Shown: positions 1-9,456, counted from the stretch's first letter. The stretch is DNA of 64,000 nt from Phycisphaerales bacterium (GCA_038214505.1 JBBQRT010000008.1:805-64804); one strand, 5' to 3'. Notes: generated by a model from the sequence alone, not told the origin. Translations and numbers: made by a program.

Positions 1-980
1 GCGATGGCCATAAAGCGCTCCTCGCAGGCGAGGAACGTGGCGACGATCTTCGGGTCAAAGTGCGTTGCGGCGCCGCTGAGCAGCGCCGCGCGGGCGGCCT
101 CGTGGGTCATGGCGGGCTTGTAGACGCGGCGGACGCGGAGGGCGTCGTAGACGTCGGCAACCGCGAGGATCCTGCCGGCCAGCGGGATGTCCTCGCCGGC
201 GAGCCCGCGTGGATAGCCCGAGCCGTCCCACCGCTCGTGGTGGCACCACGCAACGTCGCGGGCCATCTCCAGAAAGCGGACCTCGGGGAACTCGGCGAGC
301 GCGGCCTCGAGCGTGCGCTTGCCGATCTCCGTGTGCGTCTGCATCACCCGCATCTCCTCCGGCGAGAGCTTGCCGACCTTGAGCAGGATGGCGTCGGGGA
401 TGCCCACCTTGCCGATGTCGTGCAAGGGGCTGGTCATGTAGATGTTGCGGACAAACTCCACGTCGACCTCGCTCGAGAACTCGGGCTGGCCCATCAGATG
501 CTCGGCGAGAACGCGGCAGTACAGCCGCACCCGCTCCAGGTGCGAGCCGGTGTCGGCGTCGCGGCTCTCGGCGAGCTTGGCCATGCCGAAGATCATCAGG
601 TCTCGCGTCTCCAGCGAGGTGATCCGCTCGGCCACGCTTAGGCGAACAGAGAGCTCCAGCGGATCGAACGGCTTGATCAGAAAGTCGTCGGCGCCGGCCC
701 TCAAACCCTCGACCAGGTCTTCGCGCGAGCCGCGAGAGGTGAGCAGAATGCAGTAGACGTACCGGCCCATGTCGCGGCTGCGGATCGCGCGGCAGAGCTC
801 CGGCCCGCTCATGCCAGGCATCTCCCAGTCGGAGATCAGCACGCGGGCCCGGCCGGCCGCGAGAAGCTCCGCGGCCTTCAGTCCGTCGTCCGCGGCGTGC
901 ACCTCGTGCCCATCGGCCAGAAGCGACTCGCGGAGAAGTTCGAGCGCGATCGGATCGTCGTCGACCACCACAATGTTCAT
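1..980 (-). CDS. Response regulator with receiver + HD-GYP domain (putative c-di-GMP phosphodiesterase); 3' end runs off the window
   Basis: Own translation of the minus strand from ATG 978-980: [16 protein letters not shown]...ISDWEMPGMSG...DDFLIKPF (REC), then SPLHDIGKVGIPD...HHERWDGSGYPRGL (HD-GYP signature). It is absent from the ORF track because there is no stop in the window. Track ORF 55..1005(-) is a different, Arg-rich frame. ATGA overlap with the upstream kinase stop. Confidence 0.88.
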   Translation of the reverse strand, partial: MNIVVVDDDPIALELLRESLLADGHEVHAADDGLKAAELLAAGRARVLISDWEMPGMSGPELCRAIRSRDMGRYVYCILLTSRGSREDLVEGLRAGADDFLIKPFDPLELSVRLSVAERITSLETRDLMIFGMAKLAESRDADTGSHLERVRLYCRVLAEHLMGQPEFSSEVDVEFVRNIYMTSPLHDIGKVGIPDAILLKVGKLSPEEMRVMQTHTEIGKRTLEAALAEFPEVRFLEMARDVAWCHHERWDGSGYPRGLAGEDIPLAGRILAVADVYDALRVRRVYKPAMTHEAARAALLSGAATHFDPKIVATFLACEERFMAI

Positions 981-3900
981 GACAGCTTCTCCGTTGTCTG
1001 TGCATCCGACTCCAGCGTCGCGACCGCGCCGGCGAAGCCCCGCTCGAAGCCTGCGGCCTCGCGGATCAGGCCTGCGCGCGCGAGGGTCGCCCCCTCGGCA
1101 TCGCCCGCTCCGGTGGCGAGCTCGAGCTCGGCCGCCGCGGCGGCGATGCCCTTCGCGCCCACGCTCGCGGACGATCCCTTGAGCGAGTGGGCCATGCGGG
1201 CGCCTCTGGGCAGGTCCGAGTTGGCAAGCGCAGCATCAAGGTCGGCGAGCGTCGCCCGCAGAGCCGCGCGGAACTTGCCCAGGATGCCGACCATGAGCGA
1301 CACTTTGCCGCGGCAGCGACGACGCAGATCGTCGAGGTCGAGCACCCGCTGCTCGGCGTCGATGCCAGCGGCGTCGGCCGATGGTTCGGCGGTTCGAGCT
1401 ACTGCCCGGGTCGCCTCTGCATCGGACAAAGGGCAGAAACGCTCGATCACAGCGATAAGCAGGTCCGGGTCCAGAGGCTTGGTGACGTAGTCGTCCATGC
1501 CCGCGACGAGGCACCGGTCGCGGTCCGAGGCGAGCGCGTTGGCCGTCAGTGCGATGATGGGCATGCGTCCGCCGCCGCGACGGAGCACCCGGCCCTCCCC
1601 CTCGGCCCGGCGGATCTGCCGGGTGGCCTCGAAGCCATCGACATCCGGCATCTGGCAGTCCATCAGTACCAGGTCGTATTCGCCCGTCGCCGCCTGCTCG
1701 ACGGCAACGCGTCCGTCGGGCGCGATTGTCGTCTGGAATCCGGCCTCGGCGAGCAGCTCCGTCGCAATAAGCTGGTTGATCTCGTTGTCCTCCGCCACGA
1801 GCACCCGGATGTTCCGGGCCGCCCGGGCCCGACGGGCCGCCCGCTTGGGCGGCGGGGTCGCCGGTGCCGCGCGGCGGCAGGCCGCGGTGGCCTCAACGAT
1901 CGCGTCGAGCAGTTCCGAGTCGGAGACCGGCTTTCGGATCCAGGCCGCGGCGCCGGCGGCTCTAACGCGCTTGATGTCGAGCGAGGCCTCGGCACTCTCG
2001 TCGACCATCAGAAGGATCGCGGTTCGCGAGAGCGCCGGGTCCGACGCGATGCGGAGCGAGAACTCCAGCGCGTCGCCGACCGATTCGACCGAGAGCAGGA
2101 CCACGTCGACGGGCCGACGGGTATCGGCGGCGGCCAAGATGGTCTGCACGGCCGAGTCGTCCGCCTGTCCAAGCTCGTTCCGGAGGCCCCAGGAGTCGAG
2201 CACCGCGCCCAGGTCGTCGCGCTCGGTGTCGGTGGCCGCGAGTGCGAGCACCCGGATGTCCTGGATGCGCCAGTTCGCGGCGTGCTGCGGGGACGCGTTG
2301 TTCTCGCCCATGCCCAGCGGGATCACGGCATAGAACGTCGAACCGCGTCCTTCCTCGCTGGCAACGCCGATCTCGCCGCCCATCAGCGAGACGAGCGACT
2401 TGCAGATCGCCAGCCCAAGTCCGGTGCCGCCGTAGCGTCGCGTCGTCGAGGCGTCGATCTGCGAAAAGCTCTTGAACAGTCGGTCGACGCGGTCCTGCGG
2501 GATGCCGATGCCCGAGTCCGAGACGGTGACGCGGATCTCGATGCGGTCGTCGAGCTGTCGTTCGGGTGTGACGCGAACGACCACGCCCCCTTCCTTGGTG
2601 AACTTGATCGCGTTGGAGACTAGGTTCAGCAGCACCTGCCGGAGCCTCGTCGGGTCGCCCCGGAGCACCAGCGGGAGCTGGGGAGAAACCTCGCACGACA
2701 GCGTGATCCCCTTCTCCTCTACGCGATGCGCGAACATATCGGTGACCTCGGCGCAGACGGCGCCGAGCGAGAAGCCGATGCACTCCAGCTCGACCGCGCC
2801 GGCGTCGAGCTTCGAGTAGTCCAGGACGTCGTTGATCAGCGCCAGCAGGGCCCCGCCGGAGGTCGTAGCCACCTGGCAGAATCGGGCCTGACGGGGCTCG
2901 AGCCCTGTTCGTTCGAGCAGCGAGAGCGCGCCGAGAATACCGTTCAGCGGCGTGCGGATCTCGTGGCTCATGTTCGCCAGAAACTCGCTCTTGGTCAGGC
3001 TTGCGGTCTCGGCCTCGACCCTCGCCCGGTCAAGCTCGAGCGCCTGCACTTCGAGCTCCCGGGCCTGAGCCTCGAGCTTGCGGTTGGCCTCGAGCGCCTG
3101 CGCGTTAGAGCGTGACAGGCGGTCGGCCGTCTCGCGGCGGGCGGTGATATCCCGATGCACCGCGAAGAACTGGACCACCCGGCCGTCCTCGTCGCGGATG
3201 GGCTCGAGTTCGAGCGACGCCCAGTATCGCCGGCCGTCCGGCGTTCGGCACGGCAGCTCGCCCCGGAAGCCCCGGCCGTCGCGCACGCAAAGGGCGAGCT
3301 GTTCGGCGGGCTGCTGGTCCTCGCCCTCGCAGACATACATCGGGAGGAACCCTGCGCCGCGAACCTCGTCAAGAGTGCGGCCGCTCAGGCGGGTGAACGC
3401 GTCGTTCACCCAGTCGATGCCGCCCTTTGCGTCTGTAAAGAACACCGCGTTATCGGTCTTGCTGGCCATCAGCGAGAGCTTTCTCGCTTCCCGCTCGCCG
3501 ACTCGGACCGTCTGGATCATGGCGTCGGCCAGCCCTACGGCCCGGTTGTGCGTCTGGAAGACCAGCCACAGGCACCACGCACCGGCCAATACTACCGCGC
3601 CGACAGACAGGCTCACCAGGAACCAGAGCCCGCGGTATTGATCATCGGTCGAGAGCGTGAGGTCCGCGCGGAGTGCCCCCATGACGCGTTCCATTCCATC
3701 GGCATAACCGCGCTTCAGCGCCGCATACTCCTCGGCGTCGAGCGTCGCCAGCGCTGCAGCGCGGTCGCCGCGCGTCGCCGCTTCCATGCTCCGTTCCTCG
3801 ATTGCGATCAGCGCGTCGTTCGTCCGGGCGATCAGCTCGCCGCCATGCCGGTGGTAGATCACCGGCGAGACAAGCGCAAGCTCCCGAAGCGTCTGCGAAA

Positions 3901-4186
3901 GCAGCGGGTCGTGGGCGAGGTAGCGAGAACGCCAGCGTGGGTCGCCAGTCTTCCCAAACAAGTACGCCGATGAGGTCAGGATCTCGTCAAGGTAGCGAAT
4001 GCGTCCGGCCAGATCGGTGAGCCGTACGTCCTGATGACGGGAGCCGCCCATCTCTCGACGGACGTCGGTGAGCGTGAAGCCGATGGCCAGCAGCAGTGCG
4101 AGCGACGCCGAGAGCACCGTCGCCAAGGCGGCGATCGGCGGCCGAGGGCCAACGGGGCGGTTCTGGTCTTCGATGGTCGTGGGCAT
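977..4186 (-). CDS. Hybrid sensor histidine kinase (TM-sensor-TM, PAS, HisKA, HATPase_c, degenerate REC, REC, HPt)
   Basis: Track ORF 977..4321(-). Motifs: [18 protein letters not shown] (H-box), [14 protein letters not shown] (G2), [11 protein letters not shown]...[13 protein letters not shown]...YVTKPL (REC), [13 protein letters not shown] (HPt). Start placed at ATG 4184-4186 (MPTTIED, just before the first TM segment). The 4321 start would overlap the divergent gene. Start uncertain. Confidence 0.9.
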   Translation of the reverse strand: MPTTIEDQNRPVGPRPPIAALATVLSASLALLLAIGFTLTDVRREMGGSRHQDVRLTDLAGRIRYLDEILTSSAYLFGKTGDPRWRSRYLAHDPLLSQTLRELALVSPVIYHRHGGELIARTNDALIAIEERSMEAATRGDRAAALATLDAEEYAALKRGYADGMERVMGALRADLTLSTDDQYRGLWFLVSLSVGAVVLAGAWCLWLVFQTHNRAVGLADAMIQTVRVGEREARKLSLMASKTDNAVFFTDAKGGIDWVNDAFTRLSGRTLDEVRGAGFLPMYVCEGEDQQPAEQLALCVRDGRGFRGELPCRTPDGRRYWASLELEPIRDEDGRVVQFFAVHRDITARRETADRLSRSNAQALEANRKLEAQARELEVQALELDRARVEAETASLTKSEFLANMSHEIRTPLNGILGALSLLERTGLEPRQARFCQVATTSGGALLALINDVLDYSKLDAGAVELECIGFSLGAVCAEVTDMFAHRVEEKGITLSCEVSPQLPLVLRGDPTRLRQVLLNLVSNAIKFTKEGGVVVRVTPERQLDDRIEIRVTVSDSGIGIPQDRVDRLFKSFSQIDASTTRRYGGTGLGLAICKSLVSLMGGEIGVASEEGRGSTFYAVIPLGMGENNASPQHAANWRIQDIRVLALAATDTERDDLGAVLDSWGLRNELGQADDSAVQTILAAADTRRPVDVVLLSVESVGDALEFSLRIASDPALSRTAILLMVDESAEASLDIKRVRAAGAAAWIRKPVSDSELLDAIVEATAACRRAAPATPPPKRAARRARAARNIRVLVAEDNEINQLIATELLAEAGFQTTIAPDGRVAVEQAATGEYDLVLMDCQMPDVDGFEATRQIRRAEGEGRVLRRGGGRMPIIALTANALASDRDRCLVAGMDDYVTKPLDPDLLIAVIERFCPLSDAEATRAVARTAEPSADAAGIDAEQRVLDLDDLRRRCRGKVSLMVGILGKFRAALRATLADLDAALANSDLPRGARMAHSLKGSSASVGAKGIAAAAAELELATGAGDAEGATLARAGLIREAAGFERGFAGAVATLESDAQTTEKLS

Positions 4187-4312
4187 CCCCGAAGCAGATC
4201 GGACACCCGCACGGCGGAGTTTGCCCCTTGGGGCAGCCGACGGGCCATTGGCGTCGTTTGCCCGGCTTATCGGTCTGCGCGCCGATTCGTTCGATCCGGT
4301 CAACGATCGCTC

Positions 4313-5365
4313 ATGCCCCACCCACCCGCCAACCTCCGCCTCTCGCGCCTGCTCGCCTCATTGCTGCTGCTGACATCCTCGCTCGCCGGGGCCTGCGGCG
4401 ACCCGCCCGCTCCGGCTCGGACCACCCACCCGGCGGTTCCCACCACGACTATCCCTGCCCGCTCAGCCGCCGAGCCCGCAAGAGACCTGACGGTGGGGTT
4501 CTGGAACATCGAGTGGCTCGGCAAGCCCGGGAATCGTTCCGGCCCCGCGCGGGGCGTGGCTCAGAGCCCCGACGACATCGCCGATGCCATCATCGACAGC
4601 AAGGTGTCCCTGCTGGGCCTCGCGGAGATCGTCGCCCCGGAGCCGGGGCGGCCGATCCGGTCGCGGGAGCTCGAGGCCGTCGTAGATGTGCTCGCCGATC
4701 GCACGGGTCAGCGCTGGGAGTACTTGCTCAACCCCGGTCGCTCCGTCGGAGACCAGCTCACGGGGGTGCTCTGGAACTCGGCGGTCCTCACGGCCATGAA
4801 CGCCTCCGGCGGGGCGTGGCAGCAGGGGCGCGACGCGGCGTGGGCGGTACCGGTCCGGCGCGGCCGGTCTGCGCAAGGCTCGGCCCTCTGGCACCGGCCG
4901 CCGAGCGCGATCAAGTTCTCCGCTGGCAAGGGCCTGACCGACTTCGTCGTAATCGTCCTTCACATGAAGGCGGACTACAACGGCGACTTCGCGTCCCATC
5001 GCCAGCAGGAGGCCCAGGCCCTTGCCGACGCGCTCCCCGCCGTTCGCGAGCAGTTTACCGACGCCGATATTCTGCTCATCGGCGATACCAATCAGATTGC
5101 CGATATCGAAGGGGCGTCGAAGGCGTTCGCCGCCGCAGGATTCACGGATTTGAACCCCGGCACAGCACGGACCAGCTGGCGTTCGGGCGGCATGGACCGG
5201 GCGTTTGTTCCCGGCGGGCGACCGGCGTTCGCCAGGCCGACGTTCACCGTTGCGAGCACCGCGTTCAAGCGTTCGCGGGGTCTGGACGATCGGGAGTTCA
5301 AGCGTCGGCTGAGCGACCACTTCCTCATTATCACAACCATCGGAGTCGTTCCGGACGACGACTGA
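4313..5365 (+). CDS. Endonuclease/exonuclease/phosphatase (EEP) family secreted protein, possible lipoprotein
   Basis: Frame of track ORF 4034..5365. Internal ATG at 4313 gives a signal peptide LLLLTSSLAGAC. EEP motifs FWNIEWLG, VVIVLHMKA, LIGDTNQ, SDHFLI. Confidence 0.78.
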   Translation: MPHPPANLRLSRLLASLLLLTSSLAGACGDPPAPARTTHPAVPTTTIPARSAAEPARDLTVGFWNIEWLGKPGNRSGPARGVAQSPDDIADAIIDSKVSLLGLAEIVAPEPGRPIRSRELEAVVDVLADRTGQRWEYLLNPGRSVGDQLTGVLWNSAVLTAMNASGGAWQQGRDAAWAVPVRRGRSAQGSALWHRPPSAIKFSAGKGLTDFVVIVLHMKADYNGDFASHRQQEAQALADALPAVREQFTDADILLIGDTNQIADIEGASKAFAAAGFTDLNPGTARTSWRSGGMDRAFVPGGRPAFARPTFTVASTAFKRSRGLDDREFKRRLSDHFLIITTIGVVPDDD

Positions 5366-5446
5366 GCGTCACCCGGCCCGTGCCCGAGCGGCCCGTGCGC
5401 CTACCCTCCGGCCCCAATCACAAGGCCTTTTACCGGAGAATCCCGC

Positions 5447-5917
5447 ATGGAAACCACCCTCATCATTCTCAAGCCCGACGCGGTCCAGCGCGGCCTCGTG
5501 GGCAAGATCCTGTCCCGATTCGAGGACAAGGGCCTTCAGATCGTCGGCACCAAGCTCACGAAGATCCCCGTCGCCACCGCCGAGACGCACTACGAGGCCC
5601 ACAAGGCCCGCCCGTTCTATCCCGGGCTTGTCAAGTTCATGACCGCAAGCCCGGTGCTGATCCTCGCCCTGCGCGGCAACGGCGCGATCACCATCGCCCG
5701 CAATCTGATGGGCGCAACGTTCGGCTCCAAGGCCGCCCCGGGCACGATCCGCGGCGACTTCGGCGTCAGCAACTCGTTTAACCTGATCCACGGCTCCGAC
5801 TCGCCCGAGGCCGCCGAGCGCGAGCTCGGGCTGTTCTTCGCCAAGGGCGAGATCCAGGACTGGAGCCGGGCCGGCGACGCGTGGATCTACGACACCTCGA
5901 GCGGCAAGCCCGAGTGA
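5447..5917 (+). CDS. ndk: Nucleoside diphosphate kinase
   Basis: METTLIILKPDAVQRGLVGKILSRFE...NLIHGSDSPEAAEREL. Typical NDK length and motifs, including the active-site His in NLIHGSD. Confidence 0.97.
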   Translation: METTLIILKPDAVQRGLVGKILSRFEDKGLQIVGTKLTKIPVATAETHYEAHKARPFYPGLVKFMTASPVLILALRGNGAITIARNLMGATFGSKAAPGTIRGDFGVSNSFNLIHGSDSPEAAERELGLFFAKGEIQDWSRAGDAWIYDTSSGKPE

Positions 5918-5947
5918 TCCAAACGCCCGCAACCTTTGCGCAACGAG

Positions 5948-5984
5948 AAGGGCCCCGCGTCTTGCACGCAGGGCCCTTTGCGTT
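5948..5984 (+). terminator. Candidate intrinsic terminator downstream of ndk
   Basis: GC-rich hairpin aagggccc(c)gcg-tcttgca-cgc(a)gggccctt followed by tgcgtt. The U tract is weak. Confidence 0.5.
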
Positions 5985-6010
5985 GACAGATCAGAGACGC
6001 GCGGGTTGCG

Positions 6011-6123
6011 TTCGAATAGCCGATGAAGCTCGGGCGTCTTGGCTACCCCGCCGGTCCCCGGCGGGCTTCCTCTGGTTCGCCGAGACCAGTTCTCTGCCCG
6101 GTTATCAACGTTGATTGGTATCA
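6011..6123 (+). repeat. Copy 1 of a ~110-nt nested-inverted-repeat element (candidate structured RNA / MITE-like repeat)
   Basis: Aligns over its whole length with 33788-33900(+) and the reverse complement of 57698-57811. Core 8-bp all-GC hairpin cccgccgg-tcc-ccggcggg at 6047-6065, flanked by ctcgggc...gcccg pairing. Confidence 0.7.
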
Positions 6124-7668
6124 GCACCCGTTCGAGGCGGCGGCGAACCACTCGGTGAGGTACGCGAAGATGTCGGTCACGTTGCGGTCACCGCTAAGGT
6201 CGAAATCGGCGCGGCGATCGCTGGCAAACCAGGCGGAGAGGAACGCGAAGATATCTCCAACCGTGGTCGCGCCGCTATTGTCGAAGTCGACCTTGCAGAC
6301 GCGGATGCGGACCAGGGCGCCGTTGTTGGGCGAGGCGCCGATGCCCGCCGTGCCCGCCGCCGTCGCCTTGAGCGTGGTCGACCAGTAGAAGAAGTCATCG
6401 CTGGCGAGCACGCCGCGGTTGCGGAAGGTGTGCAGGAAAAGGCCGTCGTCATAGACGCCGTTGCCGTCGAGGTCGAGCGGGTCGCTCTCGCGGGCGACAA
6501 CCTTGGCCGAGTTGTAAACCAGCACGTCGTTGAGCAGCGTGCTCGCGTTGGTCGTGGATCCATTGACGATCCAGTTGCCGGCGCTGTCGCCGCTGGGGTC
6601 ACGGAAGGCCGCGGTTCCCCAGAGCTCCGTGCTCCCAGGGATGATCGGCTGCCCGCTCTCGGCGATGATCGCGCCGTTGCGCGTGACGAATCGGAGTGTC
6701 GTCGCCCCGCTGAGAATGCGGCCCACAACGAACCAGTCGCCGCTCGACTCCATGCGGACCACGTCGATGTTCGTCACGTTCCCCGACGCAACCGTCGGAA
6801 CCGGAGCGCCGATCTGCACGCGGACAAGCCCGTCCACGATGGCGGCGGCCGCGCCGTTGAGCGTGCCTTGGAGAATGTAGCTCGTGTGCGCCTCGTTGAG
6901 CTGGAAGGTGTTGGGTGCGATGTCGGTGACCGCGAACGAGCCGGCGTTCAGCTGGCCGGCGGGGACGAACTGCCCGGAGGTCGGGTCGGCCACGATCGTC
7001 GCGCCGTTGTCCTTGAAGCCCGTGTCGTTCGGGGTGGCGGCCCCGGGCTGGTAGGCCATGAATCCCAGGTCGCCCGCGGCAGACACGTTCACGGAGTTGA
7101 ACGACAGGTTCGAGGTGTTGCCGCCCGAAGTATTGAAAGTGTTTCCGCCGCCGCCGGGGATCGCGCTCCCCGGTGCAAGCACCGTCTGCAGCGTCGAGTC
7201 CAGAAACTTGACCAGCCGGTCGTTGAGCGACGTGGAGCCGGTGACGTTCTGGCGATAGGCGACAGCCCACTGGCCGGCGTTGTTCATCCGCACGGCCGGC
7301 ACGAGGCTGAAGTTCAGAAACTCCCCCGGGGCCGTCTCGGTGACGCCTTCCCGGGCCAAGATAGCGGTGCCTAGGCCGGTACCCCTGAGAAGTCCCTGGT
7401 CCTGCGCGGTGCTGGCCGCGAAGTCGGTGCTGGCGACCACATACCAGCTCTGCCCGTTGGGCGTGCGGTTGAGGTCGGAGAAGTTTGTAAAGCGGACCCC
7501 CGCCTCAAACACCGAGCCCGGCACGACGCTCTTGGCGGTCGACACCGGAACTGCGTCGAAGGTCTTGATCGAATGAACGACCTGGTTGCGCGTGACCTGC
7601 CCGTGGCAGATCGCGGCCCCCACGCACAAACCGGCGATGCCCAAATAGTTTGCGATCAAACGAGTCAT
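6121..7668 (-). CDS. Secreted protein with C-terminal GC-type dockerin-like domain
   Basis: Track ORF 6121..7803(-). Start set at ATG 7666-7668 (MTRLIANYLGIAGLCVGAAICHGQV signal peptide). C-terminus CKVDFDNSGATTVGDIFAFLSAWF...DLSGDRNVTDIFAYLTEWFAAASNGC shows two EF-hand/dockerin-like repeats ending in GC. The body is Asn/Gly/Thr-rich and beta-rich, with no assignable catalytic domain. Confidence 0.8.
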   Translation of the reverse strand: MTRLIANYLGIAGLCVGAAICHGQVTRNQVVHSIKTFDAVPVSTAKSVVPGSVFEAGVRFTNFSDLNRTPNGQSWYVVASTDFAASTAQDQGLLRGTGLGTAILAREGVTETAPGEFLNFSLVPAVRMNNAGQWAVAYRQNVTGSTSLNDRLVKFLDSTLQTVLAPGSAIPGGGGNTFNTSGGNTSNLSFNSVNVSAAGDLGFMAYQPGAATPNDTGFKDNGATIVADPTSGQFVPAGQLNAGSFAVTDIAPNTFQLNEAHTSYILQGTLNGAAAAIVDGLVRVQIGAPVPTVASGNVTNIDVVRMESSGDWFVVGRILSGATTLRFVTRNGAIIAESGQPIIPGSTELWGTAAFRDPSGDSAGNWIVNGSTTNASTLLNDVLVYNSAKVVARESDPLDLDGNGVYDDGLFLHTFRNRGVLASDDFFYWSTTLKATAAGTAGIGASPNNGALVRIRVCKVDFDNSGATTVGDIFAFLSAWFASDRRADFDLSGDRNVTDIFAYLTEWFAAASNGC

Positions 7669-7783
7669 TTCGGCCCTTCCCGATAAGTAGGCTGTCTGAA
7701 AATGCACACAGCGTCCGGGCCGTCTCTTCGCACGGCCCGGCGAGCGGCTCCACGAATACAAAAAGTGTCTCCACCGGTCGGGC

Positions 7784-8830
7784 TCACCGACCGATCCCCC
7801 CATCCGAAAGCCCGCCCGCGCCTCCTAAACCTCCCAGACGTTCACCCCGCGAACCACGCCGAGAGGAATGCGAAGAGATCGCCAACGCCGCGCCAACCGT
7901 CGCCAGCACCGAATCATAAAGCCGTTGAGCGTTGCCCTGATTGACCGCGTCGCGGGACGCGAACTGCAAAGGCTTGGTGATCACCGCGTCAAAGCCGTTG
8001 GGCGTAGGCATGTCCGCGCCGTAGTTGCCCCAGTCGCCCGGCTCGGCGAAGATGAACACGCCGGGCTTGCGGACCCGCATGGCGGTGGACCAGTTCCGCC
8101 AGAAGGCGATGCTGGCGCCCCACCCCTCGGGCGCATTCGAGTAGGCATGGTCGAGGCGGAAGCCATCGACGCCGTCGGACGTGTCGCCGTCGTTGTTGGG
8201 GTCAAGCCACTTGCGGGTCCAGTCGGTGATCAGGGCGACGGCCCCAGCGTTGTTCAGGTTCCAGTGGATGAACCCGACGTTCGCGCCGCTCCTGGTCGGA
8301 TACGTCGAGCCGGTGTAGCTGGTATTCCGCGTGTTGGTGAAGGCCAGAAACTGGTCGTAGACGCTCGTGGGCGTGCTGTACGCGCTCGTGTAGTACACCG
8401 TGCCGTGGCTGACGCCGTAGGCGACATAGTCGAGAATGACCTTGATGCCCCGGGCATGGGCCTGCGCGACAAAGGCAACGAACTGGGCCTCGGTCCCGAA
8501 CCAGGAGTTGAGCGTCGAGGCATCGCCGTGCTAGTAGCCGTCGTACGCGGGCGAGGGAAAGACCGGCTGAAGGTAGACGGCGGTGACGCCCAGGTATTGC
8601 AGATAGTCCAGCGAGGCCGTGAGCCCGTTGAAATCACCGAAGCGTGCCGGCTGTCCCGAGCGAATGTCGTTGTCCGAATCACGCCAGGCAATAGGTATGA
8701 TCTGGTAAAAAACCTCGTCCTGCGGCGGCCGCTGCGGCGATTGGGCCGAGGCACCCGCCGCCAGCATCAGGCTCACCGTCGCCGCGCAAGCCGCCCGTGT
8801 CAACGCCGCCCTTGTCAAAGCCTGCCGCAT
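7784..8830 (-). pseudogene. GH13 alpha-amylase family gene, disrupted (in-frame TAG at 8531-8533; frameshifted/truncated C-terminus with dockerin remnant)
   Basis: Track ORFs 8531..9298(-) and 7784..8398(-) are in the same frame, separated only by TAG. Read-through gives signal peptide MRQALTRAALTRAACAATVSLMLAAGASAQ, then ...VYLQPVFPSPAYDGY*HGDASTLNSWFGTEAQFVAFVAQAHARGIKVILDYV...GFRLDHA...IFAEPGD (GH13 regions I-III). Region IV and domain C are missing. A different frame ends GVGDLFAFLSAWFAG* (stop 7842-7844). Confidence 0.75.
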
Positions 8831-8926
8831 GCGTTCACCCATCTGGACACCCAAGTCCCAAGCTCCGGTGCTTCCCGGCCGCGGCGGCGCCCGAACAAAC
8901 CGGTCGCAAAGCGCACCCCGAGCACA

Positions 8927-8950
8927 AGAAAAAACCGGCATTCCTGCCGG
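8927..8950 (-). terminator. Intrinsic terminator downstream of csrA
   Basis: Minus strand reads ccggca-ggaa-tgccgg followed by tttttt. Confidence 0.8.
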
Positions 8951-8994
8951 TAAAGTTCCGTGTGGGTCGCTCAATGAAGGACGAAATCCTTGTC

Positions 8995-9222
8995 TCAGCC
9001 CTGAGCCGCCTGCCCGCCCTGCTTGATGGTCGCGATCACCTGCGGCTTCTCTTCCACGATCTGATTCGCAACCTCGCGACGGTGCACGTCGACAGATCGC
9101 GGAAAGTCGAACGCGATGCGGACCCGATCGCCCTTGATGCTGGCGATCCGCACCACCCCGATCGGATTCGCCGGATCGCCGATGACGACCTCTTCGCCTT
9201 CCCGACGCGTGATGACCAGCAT
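8995..9222 (-). CDS. csrA: Carbon storage regulator CsrA (RNA-binding translational regulator)
   Basis: MLVITRREGEEVVIGD...IGVVRIASIKGDRVRIAFDFPRSVDVHRREV. GGAGG Shine-Dalgarno 5 nt upstream of ATG 9220-9222. The track ORF extends to 9276 but the canonical CsrA N-terminus is MLV. Confidence 0.9.
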   Translation of the reverse strand: MLVITRREGEEVVIGDPANPIGVVRIASIKGDRVRIAFDFPRSVDVHRREVANQIVEEKPQVIATIKQGGQAAQG

Positions 9223-9456
9223 GCGGACCTCCAGTCCTGTCGTTCGCCGCCACATCAGCCGACGGCCACCCGACAAGCGTGCCGGGCGAGCAGATCATAC
9301 CAGGACCAGCTCCAGTTGGGTGATCGTCCGCCCGGGTCGAGTCGGAATCTCAGCGGTTCGGAGGGTGGTAGGGCAATTACCTAGGCCGGAACGGCCCGCC
9401 CCGTGGATCGTCTGGGGATAAGTTGGCCAACTCGGCTAGGCCACCCGCATTGCCGG

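Noticed and set aside
55-1005. 316-aa minus-strand ORF listed in the track at the window start
   Set aside because: Wrong frame (Arg-rich). The adjacent frame starting at ATG 978-980 encodes a clean REC + HD-GYP protein that runs off the window.
6023-6388. Small ORFs beginning MKLGR(L/R)GYPAGPRR at 6023(+) and 57799(-), plus a similar peptide at about 33815(+), which could be mistaken for a conserved small protein
   Set aside because: The similarity comes from translating the shared nucleotide repeat (GC hairpin region). The ORFs diverge immediately outside it, have no start or SD context, and their orientation relative to the repeat gives different downstream frames.
8831-9298. N-terminal extension of the amylase ORF (track 8531..9298) overlapping csrA
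   Set aside because: The extension is Arg/Gly-rich and overlaps csrA in another frame. It also crosses the csrA terminator. A proper signal peptide begins at ATG 8828-8830.
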